NCBI GenBank assembly: GCA_965248835.1
Contig: CBDFLJ010000001.1
Span: 128,001 to 192,000, forward strand
Direction: 5' to 3'
From: Alphaproteobacteria bacterium
Lineage (GTDB): Bacteria; Pseudomonadota; Alphaproteobacteria; MPNO01
DNA: 64,000 nucleotides
Under the pieces are notes generated by a model. It had not been told where the DNA came from. It saw only the letters and a list, made by a program, of their open reading frames with translations, and made no database searches. Positions 1 through 9,992 of the stretch are shown here, piece by piece (positions within the stretch are counted from its first letter, which is position 1; the number at the start of each line of letters is the position of its first letter). Position numbers and translations under genes: made by a program.

Positions 1-2
1 AT

Positions 3-716
3 TTGCATCGGGGAGAAAGGCTCTTGGTCGGACGCCGCGGGCGGACGAACGATTACCGCGAAATCCCCGCCTATACGGTCTGGGAGGTGGCGCATTACCT
101 CACCGTGCCCGCGGCGACCATTCGCTATTGGTCGGTGGGTCGGGACGACTATGCGCCACTGATCGAAGTGCCCGAACGCTCCCCGACGCTTCTGTCGTTC
201 CTCAATCTCGTGGAGCTTCACGTTCTTGCCGCCATCCGGCGCAAGCACGAGGTGAAGATGCCAAGCTTCCGAAGGGCGATCCAATACCTGGCGGAGCACG
301 CGCGACGACCGGCCGACAAGCGGCATCCACTGATCAGCCGGGAGCTGGAAACGGACGACCTCGACCTGTTCACCGAGCAGTACGGGCAGCTGATCGCTAT
401 CAGTCGCGAGGGTCAGACGGCCATGCGGAAAATCATCAGCGCGGCGCAGCGCCGCATTGACCGCGATCCGGAAGGCGTTCCGATCAAGCTATATCCGTTT
501 ACCCGAACCGACATGGGTGAGGCGCCTGCAATGGTCGTCATCGACCCGGCGCTCTCCGCTGGACGGCCCGTCATCGCTGGCACCGGACTCGCCACCCAGC
601 TCATTGCCGAGCGCTACAAGGCCGGTGAATCGGTCTGCGAATTGGCGCGGGACTATGCGCGCGAAAATGCGGAAATTGAAGAAGCGATCCGGTGTGAGCT
701 CCAAGCCGCCGCTTGA
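3..716 (+). CDS. DUF433-domain antitoxin (VapB45/Rv2018-like, N-terminal HTH); start uncertain at the window edge
   Basis: PAYTVWEVAHYL..ATIRYW HTH, LSFLNLVELHVL, and C-terminal DUF433 motif IDPALSAGRPVIAGTG..IAERYKAGES..ELARDY..IEEAIR. Confidence 0.85.
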   Translation: MHRGERLLVGRRGRTNDYREIPAYTVWEVAHYLTVPAATIRYWSVGRDDYAPLIEVPERSPTLLSFLNLVELHVLAAIRRKHEVKMPSFRRAIQYLAEHARRPADKRHPLISRELETDDLDLFTEQYGQLIAISREGQTAMRKIISAAQRRIDRDPEGVPIKLYPFTRTDMGEAPAMVVIDPALSAGRPVIAGTGLATQLIAERYKAGESVCELARDYARENAEIEEAIRCELQAAA

Positions 717-1400
717 AGCGCCGGACACCCTGGCAAGCGTTCCGGGACGGCTTGCCAGCCACCGACAAGCCAAGAAAAATGAAACAGGAGGAGAAATGAA
801 AAGCCGATTAATCACCCCCCCACGCGCACGCGTGGAAACGGGGCGGTAGTGTCAGGTGATTACCCTCTCTGTGCATTCAGGCAGGCACTAATTAGCAATT
901 TCAAAAATCGGCAGTGCAAATCGAGCAAGTGCGGTTAGATCGCGATGCCTTTTAATTTGCGATAGAGATCGAGTGCAAATCGGTCTGTCATTCCCGAAAT
1001 GAAGTCGGTTACTCGCAACCAAGATTCGTACCGGCTAGTTACGCCTAAAAATCGATCGGGGATAAGACGAGCCAGCATTTGGGACGGACCTGATAATTTG
1101 TTAACATCCCATCCTGCATGTTCTATGTCGACGACAACGGGAAGGAATAACTCCAAAAGGCCAGAAAGTATTTCCGAACCAGCTATCTCTATCACTGTCT
1201 TTCGTTCTGAGTGGTAAATTTTTTCTCTCGCAATTGATTTCGCCTCTTCGATATTCTTCTTGTACTGAGTATCGGCAATTAGCTCCTTTGTGTATGTCCC
1301 ACCTAATAATGCCTTTTCATTGTCTCGAAATGCCTCAGATGCCGAGTCGACGAGTTCGCCAATTGCGACAGCACGGAGCTTAGCTATAATTTCCGGCTTA

Positions 1401-2342
1401 GAGCCCTTCCGGAAAGTTCTTGAATCGGAAGAATCGTTTGTGATTCTGTGCTGGGCATCCGGTTTACAGGAGGAAGCCCGATGTGGACTGCGGAACACCG
1501 CCGCGCGGCGGAGCGTCGCGGACTTCGCTATCCGAGTGATCTGACCGACGCCGAGTGGGCGCTGATCGCGCCAATGATCCCGCCTGCCAAGCGCGGCGGG
1601 CGCAAGCGCTCAGTCGACGTGCGCGAGGTTCTGAACGGCATCTTCACCGTGCTGTCCACGGGCTGCCAGTGGAATGCACTGCCCAAGGATCTGCCGCCGA
1701 AGTCGACGGTGTACGACTATTTCGATCTATGGGAGTGGGATGGCACGCTGGAGCGGATCCATCATGAACTCTACGTCGCGGTGCGCGATGAGGAAGGACG
1801 CGAAGCCAGCCCGTCGGCCGCGGTCATCGACAGCCAGAGCGCCAAGGCGGCGCAAAAAGGGGGGCGTCGATCGACGATCAAGGCTTCGATGCGGGCAAGA
1901 AGGTCACCGGTCGCAAGCGGCACATCATGGTCGACACGCTCGGCCTGATGCTGGGCATCGTGGTGCATTCCGGCGACGTTCAGGATCGCGACGGTGCCCA
2001 CGAGCTCTTGCGCCGCACCCGGCGACGGTTCCCATTCATCGAGGTGATCTACGCCGACGGCGGCTATCAGGGACCGAAGATGGCCGCGACTGTCGCCAAG
2101 ACCGGGGGGTGGCGGCTCGAGATCGTCAAGCGCAACGACGTGCCCCGCTTCGAGGTGCTGCCAAAGCGTTGGATTGTCGAACGCACCTTCGCCTGGATCA
2201 GCCGCAACAGGCGCCTCGCTCGCGACTTCGAACGTCACGTTCGATCCGTCGTCGCCTTCATCCGACTCGCCATGATCCGCATCATGCTGCGCAGACTCGC
2301 CGCAACCCACTCACCATAGATTCAAACTTTCCGGATCGGCTC
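1401..2342 (+). mobile_element. IS5-family element (IS1031-like), copy 1, 942 bp
   Basis: Terminal IRs GAGCCCTTCCGGAAAGTT / AACTTTCCGGATCGGCTC; TTA at 1398-1400 and 2343-2345; two-ORF transposase. Confidence 0.95.
1481..2319 (+). CDS. IS5-family transposase in two overlapping ORFs (1481-1948 and ~1860-2319), probably joined by a -1 frameshift
   Basis: YPSDLTDAEW, WNALPKDLPP, IDSQS; [26 protein letters not shown]; slippery A5G6 run at 1854-1864. Confidence 0.9.
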
Positions 2343-2345
2343 TTA

Positions 2346-3287
2346 GAGCCCTTCCGGAAAGTTCTTGAATCGGAAGAATCGTTTGTGATTCTGTGCTGGG
2401 CATCCGGTTTACAGGAGGAAGCCCGATGTGGACTGCGGAACACCGCCGCGCGGCGGAGCGTCGCGGACTTCGCTATCCGAGTGATCTGACCGACGCCGAG
2501 TGGGCGCTGATCGCGCCAATGATCCCGCCTGCCAAGCGCGGCGGGCGCAAGCGCTCAGTCGACGTGCGCGAGGTTCTGAACGGCATCTTCACCGTGCTGT
2601 CCACGGGCTGCCAGTGGAATGCACTGCCCAAGGATCTGCCGCCGAAGTCGACGGTGTACGACTATTTCGATCTATGGGAGTGGGATGGCACGCTGGAGCG
2701 GATCCATCATGAACTCTACGTCGCGGTGCGCGATGAGGAAGGACGCGAAGCCAGCCCGTCGGCCGCGGTCATCGACAGCCAGAGCGCCAAGGCGGCGCAA
2801 AAAGGGGGGCGTCGATCGACGATCAAGGCTTCGATGCGGGCAAGAAGGTCACCGGTCGCAAGCGGCACATCATGGTCGACACGCTCGGCCTGATGCTGGG
2901 CATCGTGGTGCATTCCGGCGACGTTCAGGATCGCGACGGTGCCCACGAGCTCTGCGCCGCACCCGGCGACGGTTCCCATTCATCGAGGTGATCTACGCCG
3001 ACGGCGGCTATCAGGGACCGAAGATGGCCGCGACTGTCGTCAAGACCGGGGGTTGGCGGCTCGAGATCGTCAAGCGCAACGACGTGCCCCGCTTCGATTC
3101 GGCTGCCAAAGCGTTGGATTGTCGAACGCACCTTCGCCTGGATCAGCCGCAACAGGCGCCTCGCTCGCGACTTCGAACGTCACGTTCGATCCGTCGTCGC
3201 CTTCATCCGACTCGCCATGATCCGCATCATGCTGCGCAGACTCGCCGCAACCCACTCACCATAGATTCAAACTTTCCGGATCGGCTC
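2346..3287 (+). mobile_element. IS5-family element, copy 2 (direct tandem repeat), 942 bp; second ORF disrupted by indels
   Basis: Near-identical to 1401-2342 at offset 945, followed by TTA at 3288-3290; 1-nt deletion at ~2952 and a compensating change at ~3097-3103. Confidence 0.93.
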
Positions 3288-4459
3288 TTAGACATATCAG
3301 ACGATGAATTTGTCTCTTTCGCAATAGGACACAACAAATTTTTTGCTTCTTCAAAAGTGAGATACCCAAGCGCAAAACCATCTTCTATGTCGATAATCGC
3401 GTAGCAAATGTCGTCCGCCGCCTCCACGAGAAACGCGAGCGGATGACGGCACCAGTAATGCAGTTGCCTGTTACGCTCTATTAGACCCACCCCGGAAGCA
3501 ACCTGTTCGAAATAGCCTCGTTCAGAGTCAAAGAAACCAATCTTCTTCCCGCCTACATACGAATCATTGGGGATCGGATGGATCACAGATGAGCGAGGGT
3601 ATTTCGCAAATGTACCAAGTACGGCGTAGGTCAATTGCAGACCACCAGACCAACGGCAATTTTCGAGCTGCGTCAGAATACGAAAGCCTTGAGCATTGCC
3701 TTCAAAATATTTTAAATCATTCTTTTCAACATCTTCCATATCGAGCCCAAATATCTCCGACGATCGCTCTGGAGAATTAAACCATCTGCGTATTGTATCT
3801 TCCCCACTATGGCCGAATGGAGGGTTGCCGATGTCGTGGGCGAGGCAGGCTGCTTGCACGATGTACCCGAACGTATCGGCGGTAACCTGGGGATCGTTCA
3901 GGCTATCCGCGATCTGCGAGCCAACCATCGTACCCAAAGACCTGCCAACCGATGCGACCTCGATACTGTGGGTGAGTCTCGTGTGAACGTGATCGTTGTC
4001 GGATAGAGGGTGTACCTGTGTCTTGTGAGCAAGCCGTCTAAACGCAGCGGAGAAGACTATGCGGTCGAGATCCTGTTGGAACGGGCTGCGCCCCGGCTGT
4101 GATCGGCATCTGGACGCATCTGGACGCTCTAGTCGTTGTTCCCCGAGTAAGGTTTTCCAATCCATCATTAGCTCCTCCCTACAGTCTGCCAGCATGTCTA
4201 TCTATATAAGTAGCCACCGCTGTCCAAGATAATCGTAAGTGTGCACAGGTTTGCATCGTCGCCGTCGAGTGATTGAATCCCAAGGCAACCGAAGATCGCC
4301 CGATCCGTGAGCTTCGTCCCCCGCTGAATCCAACAGGATGGACAAATCCGATAGATGAATGATCAAGGACGCGCGAGAGGAATGTGCACGCCTTGCGAAT
4401 GAGGCCGCGTAGAGAGCCGAGGGAATTGAGGACTTGCACACCGGCACGATCACGGGGCC

Positions 4460-4720
4460 GCCTGTAGGCTGACGCCGAAAACGGCTGAAGACCTCGACGG
4501 AATCTATGAGTGCACGATCGTGAATTTTGGATTGGAGCAGGCGCAAGATTGCCTGAACGGTCTGCACCGGCGTTTCGGGGACCTCGCGGGGCTGACGGGC
4601 TCGTGCCGGGGTTGAGGCGTTACCCGTATCGACCCCACGCTGTGTTCTAGATGCCGGAGGACAAAGGTGTGCTGATCGCGCGCGTGCTGCACGAGAGCAT
4701 GGATGCGCCGAGGCATTTCG
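4460..4720 (+). pseudogene. parE: ParE/RelE-family toxin pseudogene
   Basis: Manual translation: CRLTPKTAEDLDGIYECTIVNFGLEQAQDCLNGLHRRFGDLA, frameshift, ADGLVPGLRRYPYRPHAVF*MPEDKGVLIARVLHESMDAPRHF. Confidence 0.75.
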
Positions 4721-4822
4721 TTTCCACCGACCGATCGTCTCTGGCACGACCGCCGGAGGGCACGATGGCCACGAACTACTATCGCGGCAGTCCCGCGGTG
4801 GCGATGGTGCATTAAGGGCCAC

Positions 4823-4861
4823 GAACAACGGTTGTGAACAACGGTTGTAACGTCGGTTACA
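4823..4861. promoter_or_regulatory. Putative operator array: two tandem 13-mers GAACAACGGTTGT plus palindrome TGTAAC-N4-GTTACA
   Basis: Direct repeats at 4823-4835 and 4836-4848, each containing ACAAC-G-GTTGT; palindrome at 4846-4861 abuts ATG 4861. Confidence 0.5.
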
Positions 4862-5063
4862 TGCCCAATCGCAAGGAAACAGCGGCGCAACGCCGGACAA
4901 GTCGGATCGGCCGGAGGATTGGTGCGAACAGATCAGAGCCGACCTCGCCGCCCAAGTGGAAGCCGGGGGAACGCTCTACGGCGTCCGGCGGGACGGAGCC
5001 TATATCGCGCGGACCAGAAACGGAGACCGGGTTATCAGGCGGCCCGTCCACAAGACCGCCTGA
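4861..5063 (+). pseudogene. Small frameshifted ORF upstream of the zeta-like toxin (putative antitoxin)
   Basis: Protein-like frame SDRPEDWCEQIRADLAAQVEAGGTLYGVRRDGAYIARTRNGDRVIRRPVHKTA* is out of frame with ATG 4861. Confidence 0.4.
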
Positions 5064-5087
5064 ATTGGCCTGCCGGCGCTTTCGGCC

Positions 5088-5623
5088 ATGCGACGCTTTT
5101 CGTTGTCGCCGGGCCGAACGGATGCGGCAAGTCGACCCTGTCGCGCACCACGTGGTTCGATAGGGTGGAGGTGATCGATCCCGATGCGATCGCACGCGGC
5201 CTGGTGCCCGGTACTCCCGACCAGGCGGCACGCGAAGCAGTGCGGCGACGCTGGCCGGCGATCGACGCGGGCAGGACGCTCGTGGTGGAAACCACAATCG
5301 CCGGCCATGGCATTCTCCACCTCATGGAGGCCGCGCGGACAGCCGGCTACCGGATCGAACTGCACTACGTGTCGGTGGATTCGCCCGACCTTGCACTCGA
5401 CCGCATCCGGAACCGGACGTGCGGCGGCGGTTTGTCCGGTCGCTGGACCGCCTGCCGGCCGCAATTGCACGGTCCGACGAGGCCCGTCTCTACGACAACA
5501 CCGACCCCGACCATCCCCACCGCGAGGTTGCGATCCTCACAACCGATACTACGGTGGACCGCGGAGCGTCTTCCGGGCTGGGTGATCGCGGCAATCGCAC
5601 GTATCGCGTCGCTGCGCCGCTGA
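5088..5623 (+). pseudogene. Zeta-toxin/AAA_33-like P-loop kinase pseudogene
   Basis: TLFVVAGPNGCGKST, IDPDAIA, LVVETT, GYRIELHYV..ALDRIRNR; after a deletion/frameshift RRRFVRSLDRL..LYDNT; ATG 5088 is out of frame with the P-loop. Confidence 0.8.
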
Positions 5624-5908
5624 TGCGGCCCCGGGATGCTCGACAGGCCCCGGCAATCAACACGGCGTCACGGTGCAAAACCTTCCATAAAATCTGAAGG
5701 TTGCAACGGATCAGATCGCAATTACGAGCGAATGTCGATCCCGATGGTTACGCGGGGGCGCGCGACCATCGGGCGGTTGTATATTTGGGCCGGCGGGACC
5801 ATGTTGGCTGTGGGATGGGCGCATCGAAACCTGAACGGCGGCACGCCGAACGCGATGCGACGGACGGGACCGGGCCAGGAGCTAACCGATAAGGAGGATT
5901 CCAAGACG

Positions 5909-6769
5909 ATGCGAAACACGGGCCTCATCGCCGCGGGCGCGCTTGCGGCAACCATGCTTGCCGGCTGCAACGGCTTTGAGCTGCGCAACGCCCAATCGCT
6001 CGCCGCGCCGGGCGAGACGTTCGACAGGAGCCTGTTTGCCGGCTACATAAGCTTGGCGACGTCCGAATATGAAGAGGGCGACTACCGCGATTCGGACAAA
6101 TTCGCCGTCCGTGCCGCGAAGGTTTCCGACGGCCGGATCGTTGCCCCGGAAGAGATCGCCATGCGCGCGTTGCCCAAGGACAAGCTGGGCGCGATGACCG
6201 ATGCGCGCAAACGCCTCGTCGCCGCCCTGGTTTCGGGCGCGCGGGAAAAGGCCCCGGCGACCGCGGCCAACGCCCAGATCCGGTTCGATTGCTGGATGCA
6301 GGAGCAGGAGGAGAACTTCCAGCCCGACCACATCGCGTACTGCCGGGATGGTTTCCTGTCCGCGATGGCCAGGATCGAAGCGGCAATGACGCCGCCGCCG
6401 AAGCCGGTCGCGGCCAAGCCGGCGCCGAAGCCGGCCAAGCAGGTTTTCGTCGTCTACTTCCCCTTCGACAGCGACCAGATCACGCCGGCGGCCAAGCGCC
6501 TCATCCTCGACGCCATCGATGCCGCGAAGACGATGGGCCCGACGCGGATCGCGGTCTTCGGCCATACCGACACCGCCGGTCCGAGACGCTACAACGCCGT
6601 GCTGGCCGAGGCGCGCATGCGGGTCGTTGCCAAGGAGCTCGCCAACGCCGGCTTCGCCGAGGGCCGCATGAACCTGGGCTCGTTCGGCGAGATGCTGCCG
6701 GCGGTGGCGACCGGCGACGGCGTGCGCTCGCAGAAGAACCGCCGCGCGGTGATCGAGATCTCCCGCTAG
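5909..6769 (+). CDS. OmpA-family lipoprotein
   Basis: AAGGAGG RBS; lipobox LAGC; FDCWMQEQEEN domain; OmpA_C motifs VYFPFDS, GHTDTAG..YN..LAEAR, NRRAVI. Confidence 0.9.
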   Translation: MRNTGLIAAGALAATMLAGCNGFELRNAQSLAAPGETFDRSLFAGYISLATSEYEEGDYRDSDKFAVRAAKVSDGRIVAPEEIAMRALPKDKLGAMTDARKRLVAALVSGAREKAPATAANAQIRFDCWMQEQEENFQPDHIAYCRDGFLSAMARIEAAMTPPPKPVAAKPAPKPAKQVFVVYFPFDSDQITPAAKRLILDAIDAAKTMGPTRIAVFGHTDTAGPRRYNAVLAEARMRVVAKELANAGFAEGRMNLGSFGEMLPAVATGDGVRSQKNRRAVIEISR

Positions 6770-6880
6770 CCGGCGCGCAGCGCCGCCAAGGAATTTGATG
6801 CGCCCGGTGCCGCATGGCGGTAAGCTTGGTCCTCGTCCCAGAGGCGACCAGACAATGCAAATCAAATCGAAGGGAGAAGT

Positions 6881-7873
6881 TTGGTGACACATCTCGGCAG
6901 AATTGCCGCCGCGGGCGCGGTGTTGGTCCTCGGCTTGGGCGGCGGCGCGGTCGCGACGAGCTCCGATGCGGCTGCTGCATGGAAGCCGCGCAAGCCGATC
7001 GAATTCGTCATCATGGCCGGCAAGGGCGGCGGTGCGGACCGCCTGGCACGGTTCATCCAGGGGATTGTCAAGAAGCACAACCTGTCCGCACTGCCGCTGG
7101 TGCCCAAGAACAAGGGCGGCGGCTCCGGCGCCGAGGCGCTGCGTTACCTCAAGGACCGGCAAGGCGACGCGCATGTCATCATGGCGACGCTGAACAGCTA
7201 CTACACCACCCCGCTGCGCAACCCGAGCCTCGGCGTGGACATCGAGCAGTTCACCCCGATCGCCCGGATGGCCGAGGATACCTTCCAGCTTTGGGTCCAC
7301 TCCGACAGCGATATCAAGTCTGTCGACGACTATGCCGCCGCCGTCAAGAAGGCGGGGATGGCGTGGAAGATGGGCGGCACCGGCAAGGGCCAGGAAGATT
7401 CGCTGGTCACCGCGATGCTCGAGAAGGCCTATGGCATCAAGGTCACCTACGTGCCCTTCAAGGGCGGCGGAACCGTCGCCAAGCAGCTTATCGGCAAGCA
7501 CATCGACTCCACGGTCAACAACCCGTCCGAGCAGATGGGCTTCTTCCAGGCCGGCAAGTCGCGCCCGCTTGCGACCTTCACGCCGAGCCGGTTGAAGGTC
7601 TTCCCCAACCTCCCGACCTTCCGCGAGCTCGGCCAGGACATGGTCTATTTCATGCAGCGTTCGGTGGTCGCCCCGGGCGGCATCCCCGACGAGGCGACGG
7701 CCTACTATGTCGCGCTGTTCGAGAAGGTCTATCAGTCGAAGGAATGGCAGGACTATCTGTCCAAGAAGGGGCTGCTGCCGGGCTGGCTGACCGGCGCGAA
7801 GCTGCAGGCGTATTTCAGCGCCGAGCGCGAGGCCCATCGCACGCTGCTGACCGCGATGGGAGAGATCAAATAG
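6881..7873 (+). CDS. tctC: Tripartite tricarboxylate transporter substrate-binding protein (Bug/TctC)
   Basis: Signal peptide; WKPRKPIEFVIMAGKGGGAD, NKGGGSGA, YVPFKGGG. Confidence 0.92.
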   Translation: MVTHLGRIAAAGAVLVLGLGGGAVATSSDAAAAWKPRKPIEFVIMAGKGGGADRLARFIQGIVKKHNLSALPLVPKNKGGGSGAEALRYLKDRQGDAHVIMATLNSYYTTPLRNPSLGVDIEQFTPIARMAEDTFQLWVHSDSDIKSVDDYAAAVKKAGMAWKMGGTGKGQEDSLVTAMLEKAYGIKVTYVPFKGGGTVAKQLIGKHIDSTVNNPSEQMGFFQAGKSRPLATFTPSRLKVFPNLPTFRELGQDMVYFMQRSVVAPGGIPDEATAYYVALFEKVYQSKEWQDYLSKKGLLPGWLTGAKLQAYFSAEREAHRTLLTAMGEIK

Positions 7874-7887
7874 TCTGAGCCGTCGGA

Positions 7888-7925
7888 CGGCGCCGATCCC
7901 GGACCCGGTTCCGGGATCGGCGCCG
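7888..7925. other. 16-bp perfect intergenic hairpin between tctC and tctB (probable mRNA-stabilising stem)
   Basis: CGGCGCCGATCCCGGA-N6-TCCGGGATCGGCGCCG, no U-tract. Confidence 0.6.
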
Positions 7926-7964
7926 GCGCATTCCCGCCAACGCTGAGCGCAGGAGACCGCCGCC

Positions 7965-8462
7965 ATGCGGCGTGCCGAGTTCGTCATGGCGGCGGTCATG
8001 GCGCTGTTCTCGCTCTATATCATGTGGAAAGCGACCGAGCTTCCGATCGGCTGGATCGAAGGCGCGGGCCCGGGCGGCGGCGCCTTCCCGTTCTGGCTGG
8101 CCGTCGGGATGCTGGTGTGCTGCGGCTGGATCATGCTGCGCTGGTTCCGCCGGCAGAGCGCGCCGGCGCGCTCCGCCGAGCCCTATATGGACGGCCGCGG
8201 GCTCAAGCTGTTCGCGGTCGGCGCCGGATCGCTGGTCGTCATGATCGGGCTGATCCATCTGGTCGGCGTCTATGTCGTGGTGCCGCTCTACCTGATCTTC
8301 TACATGCGCCTGCTCGGCCGGCACCGCTGGTCGGTGACCGTGCCGCTGGCGGTCGCGATGCCGGTTGCGACGTTCTTCTTTTTCGAGATCGCGCTCAAGA
8401 TCACCCTGCCCAAGGGCCTCACCGAGCCCGCGTTCTACCCGCTCTACGAGATGTTTTTCTGA
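7965..8462 (+). CDS. tctB: TctB small membrane subunit
   Basis: Several hydrophobic segments, GPGGGAFPFWL, LKITLPKG; lies between tctC and tctA. Confidence 0.9.
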   Translation: MRRAEFVMAAVMALFSLYIMWKATELPIGWIEGAGPGGGAFPFWLAVGMLVCCGWIMLRWFRRQSAPARSAEPYMDGRGLKLFAVGAGSLVVMIGLIHLVGVYVVVPLYLIFYMRLLGRHRWSVTVPLAVAMPVATFFFFEIALKITLPKGLTEPAFYPLYEMFF

Positions 8463-8474
8463 GGCGGCCGGCCG

Positions 8475-9992
8475 ATGGAGATCCTCAACCTCCTCCTCGA
8501 CGGGTTTGCCGTCGCCCTTCAGCCCCTCAATCTGGGGCTGATCGTCGCCGGCTGCATCGCCGGGCTGTTCATCGGCGCGATGCCCGGGCTGGGCTCGGTC
8601 AACGGCGTGGCGATCCTGCTGCCGATGACGTTCCTGGTGCCGCCGACCTCGGCGATGATCTTCCTGGGATCGCTCTATTACGGGGCGATGTATGGCGGGG
8701 CGATCTCCTCGATCATGCTGGGCATCCCCGGCGCCTCCACCGCGGTGGCGACCACGTTCGACGGCCGGCCGATGGCCCTTGCCGGGATGGCCGACAAGGC
8801 GCTGGTCGCCGCGGCGACCGCTTCGTTCACCGGCGGGACGATCTCGGTGATCCTGTTCACCTTGTTCGCACCGCCCTTGGCCGAAGTGGCGCTCGCCTTC
8901 GGCCCGCCGGAGGAGTTCGCGCTCTTGATGCTCGCGTTCGCCACCTTCATCGGGCTGGGCGGCGACGACATTCCCAAGACCTTCTTTTCGATCTTCGTCG
9001 GCCTGGTGCTGAGCGCCGTCGGGCTCGACGTGGTCAGCGGCCAGCCGCGGCTGATCTTTGGCGATATCACCGGCTTCTATCACGGCATCAACTTCCTGGT
9101 CCTGGCGATCGGGATCTACGGGATCGGCGAGATCCTGTGGACCGTCGAATCGACCAAGGGCGAGATGGTCGTCTCGCGCGTGGCGGTGAGCTTCCGCGGA
9201 ATCTTGCGCGCCCTGGCCGCCCTGCGCGGCAGCGTCCGCACCATGGTGATGGGCTCGCTGCTGGGCTATTTCGTCGGCATCCTGCCGGCGGCCGGCGCGA
9301 CGCCCGGCTCGCTGATGGCCTATGGCGTCGCCAAGACGATCTCCAAGGACCCGGAGTCCTTCGGCAAGGGCAATGTCGAGGGGGTCGTCGCACCCGAGGC
9401 GGCCAACAACGCCGCCAGCACCGGCTCGATGCTGCCCATGTTGACGCTCGGCATCCCCGGCTCGCCGACCACCGCGATCCTGTTGGGCGGCATGGTGATC
9501 TGGGGCCTCGAGCCCGGCCCGTTGCTGTTCGTCGAGCACAAGGAGTTCGTCTGGGGGCTGATCGCAAGCCTCTACGCCGCGAACCTGTTTGCCCTGCTGA
9601 TCAACATCGCCTTCATCCCGGCCTTCCTGATGGTGCTGAGGATGCCGTTTACGGTGCTGGCGCCGATCATCTTCATCCTGTGCGTCGTCGGCGGCTATGC
9701 GCCCACCCAGGATATGCACGACATCTGGCTGATGCTGATCTTCGGCGTCGTCGGCTACCTGATGCGCAAGCTCGACTACCCGCTGGCGCCGGTGGTGCTG
9801 GCGATCGTGCTGGGTCCGCTTGCCGAGGCCTCCTTGCGCCAGTCGCTGATCATGGCGCAGGGCTCGTTCGGCATCTTTTTCGACCGCCCGGTCTCTGCGA
9901 CCATCATGGTCGTAGCCATCGGCCTGTTCGTCTGGCCGCTGGTCGTCGTCGTCCGGGCCAGGGCGCGCGCGCGAGGGGGGCAGAAGAGATGA
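8475..9992 (+). CDS. tctA: TctA permease
   Basis: GAMPGLG, YYGAMYGG, PEAANNA, LTLGIPGS. Confidence 0.95.
   Translation: MEILNLLLDGFAVALQPLNLGLIVAGCIAGLFIGAMPGLGSVNGVAILLPMTFLVPPTSAMIFLGSLYYGAMYGGAISSIMLGIPGASTAVATTFDGRPMALAGMADKALVAAATASFTGGTISVILFTLFAPPLAEVALAFGPPEEFALLMLAFATFIGLGGDDIPKTFFSIFVGLVLSAVGLDVVSGQPRLIFGDITGFYHGINFLVLAIGIYGIGEILWTVESTKGEMVVSRVAVSFRGILRALAALRGSVRTMVMGSLLGYFVGILPAAGATPGSLMAYGVAKTISKDPESFGKGNVEGVVAPEAANNAASTGSMLPMLTLGIPGSPTTAILLGGMVIWGLEPGPLLFVEHKEFVWGLIASLYAANLFALLINIAFIPAFLMVLRMPFTVLAPIIFILCVVGGYAPTQDMHDIWLMLIFGVVGYLMRKLDYPLAPVVLAIVLGPLAEASLRQSLIMAQGSFGIFFDRPVSATIMVVAIGLFVWPLVVVVRARARARGGQKR

Larger units (their letters stand above)
935..4168 (-). pseudogene. dgt: dGTP triphosphohydrolase (HD domain, Dgt family) split by a tandem IS5 dimer; segments 3291-4168 and 935-1400
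   Basis: RSPFQQDLDRIVFSAAFRRLAHKTQV, HTRLTHS, CLAHDIGNPPFGHSGE, FEGNAQ, EAADDICY; C-terminal DFISGMTDRFA. Removing the IS pair and extra TTA copies rejoins ...SSSDMSK|PEIIAK... in frame (447 aa). GGAGG RBS before ATG 4168. Confidence 0.93.

Noticed and set aside
811-839. ATCACCCCCCCACGCGCACGCGTGGAAAC resembles a type I-C CRISPR repeat
   Set aside because: Single degenerate copy, no spacer periodicity and no cas genes in the window.
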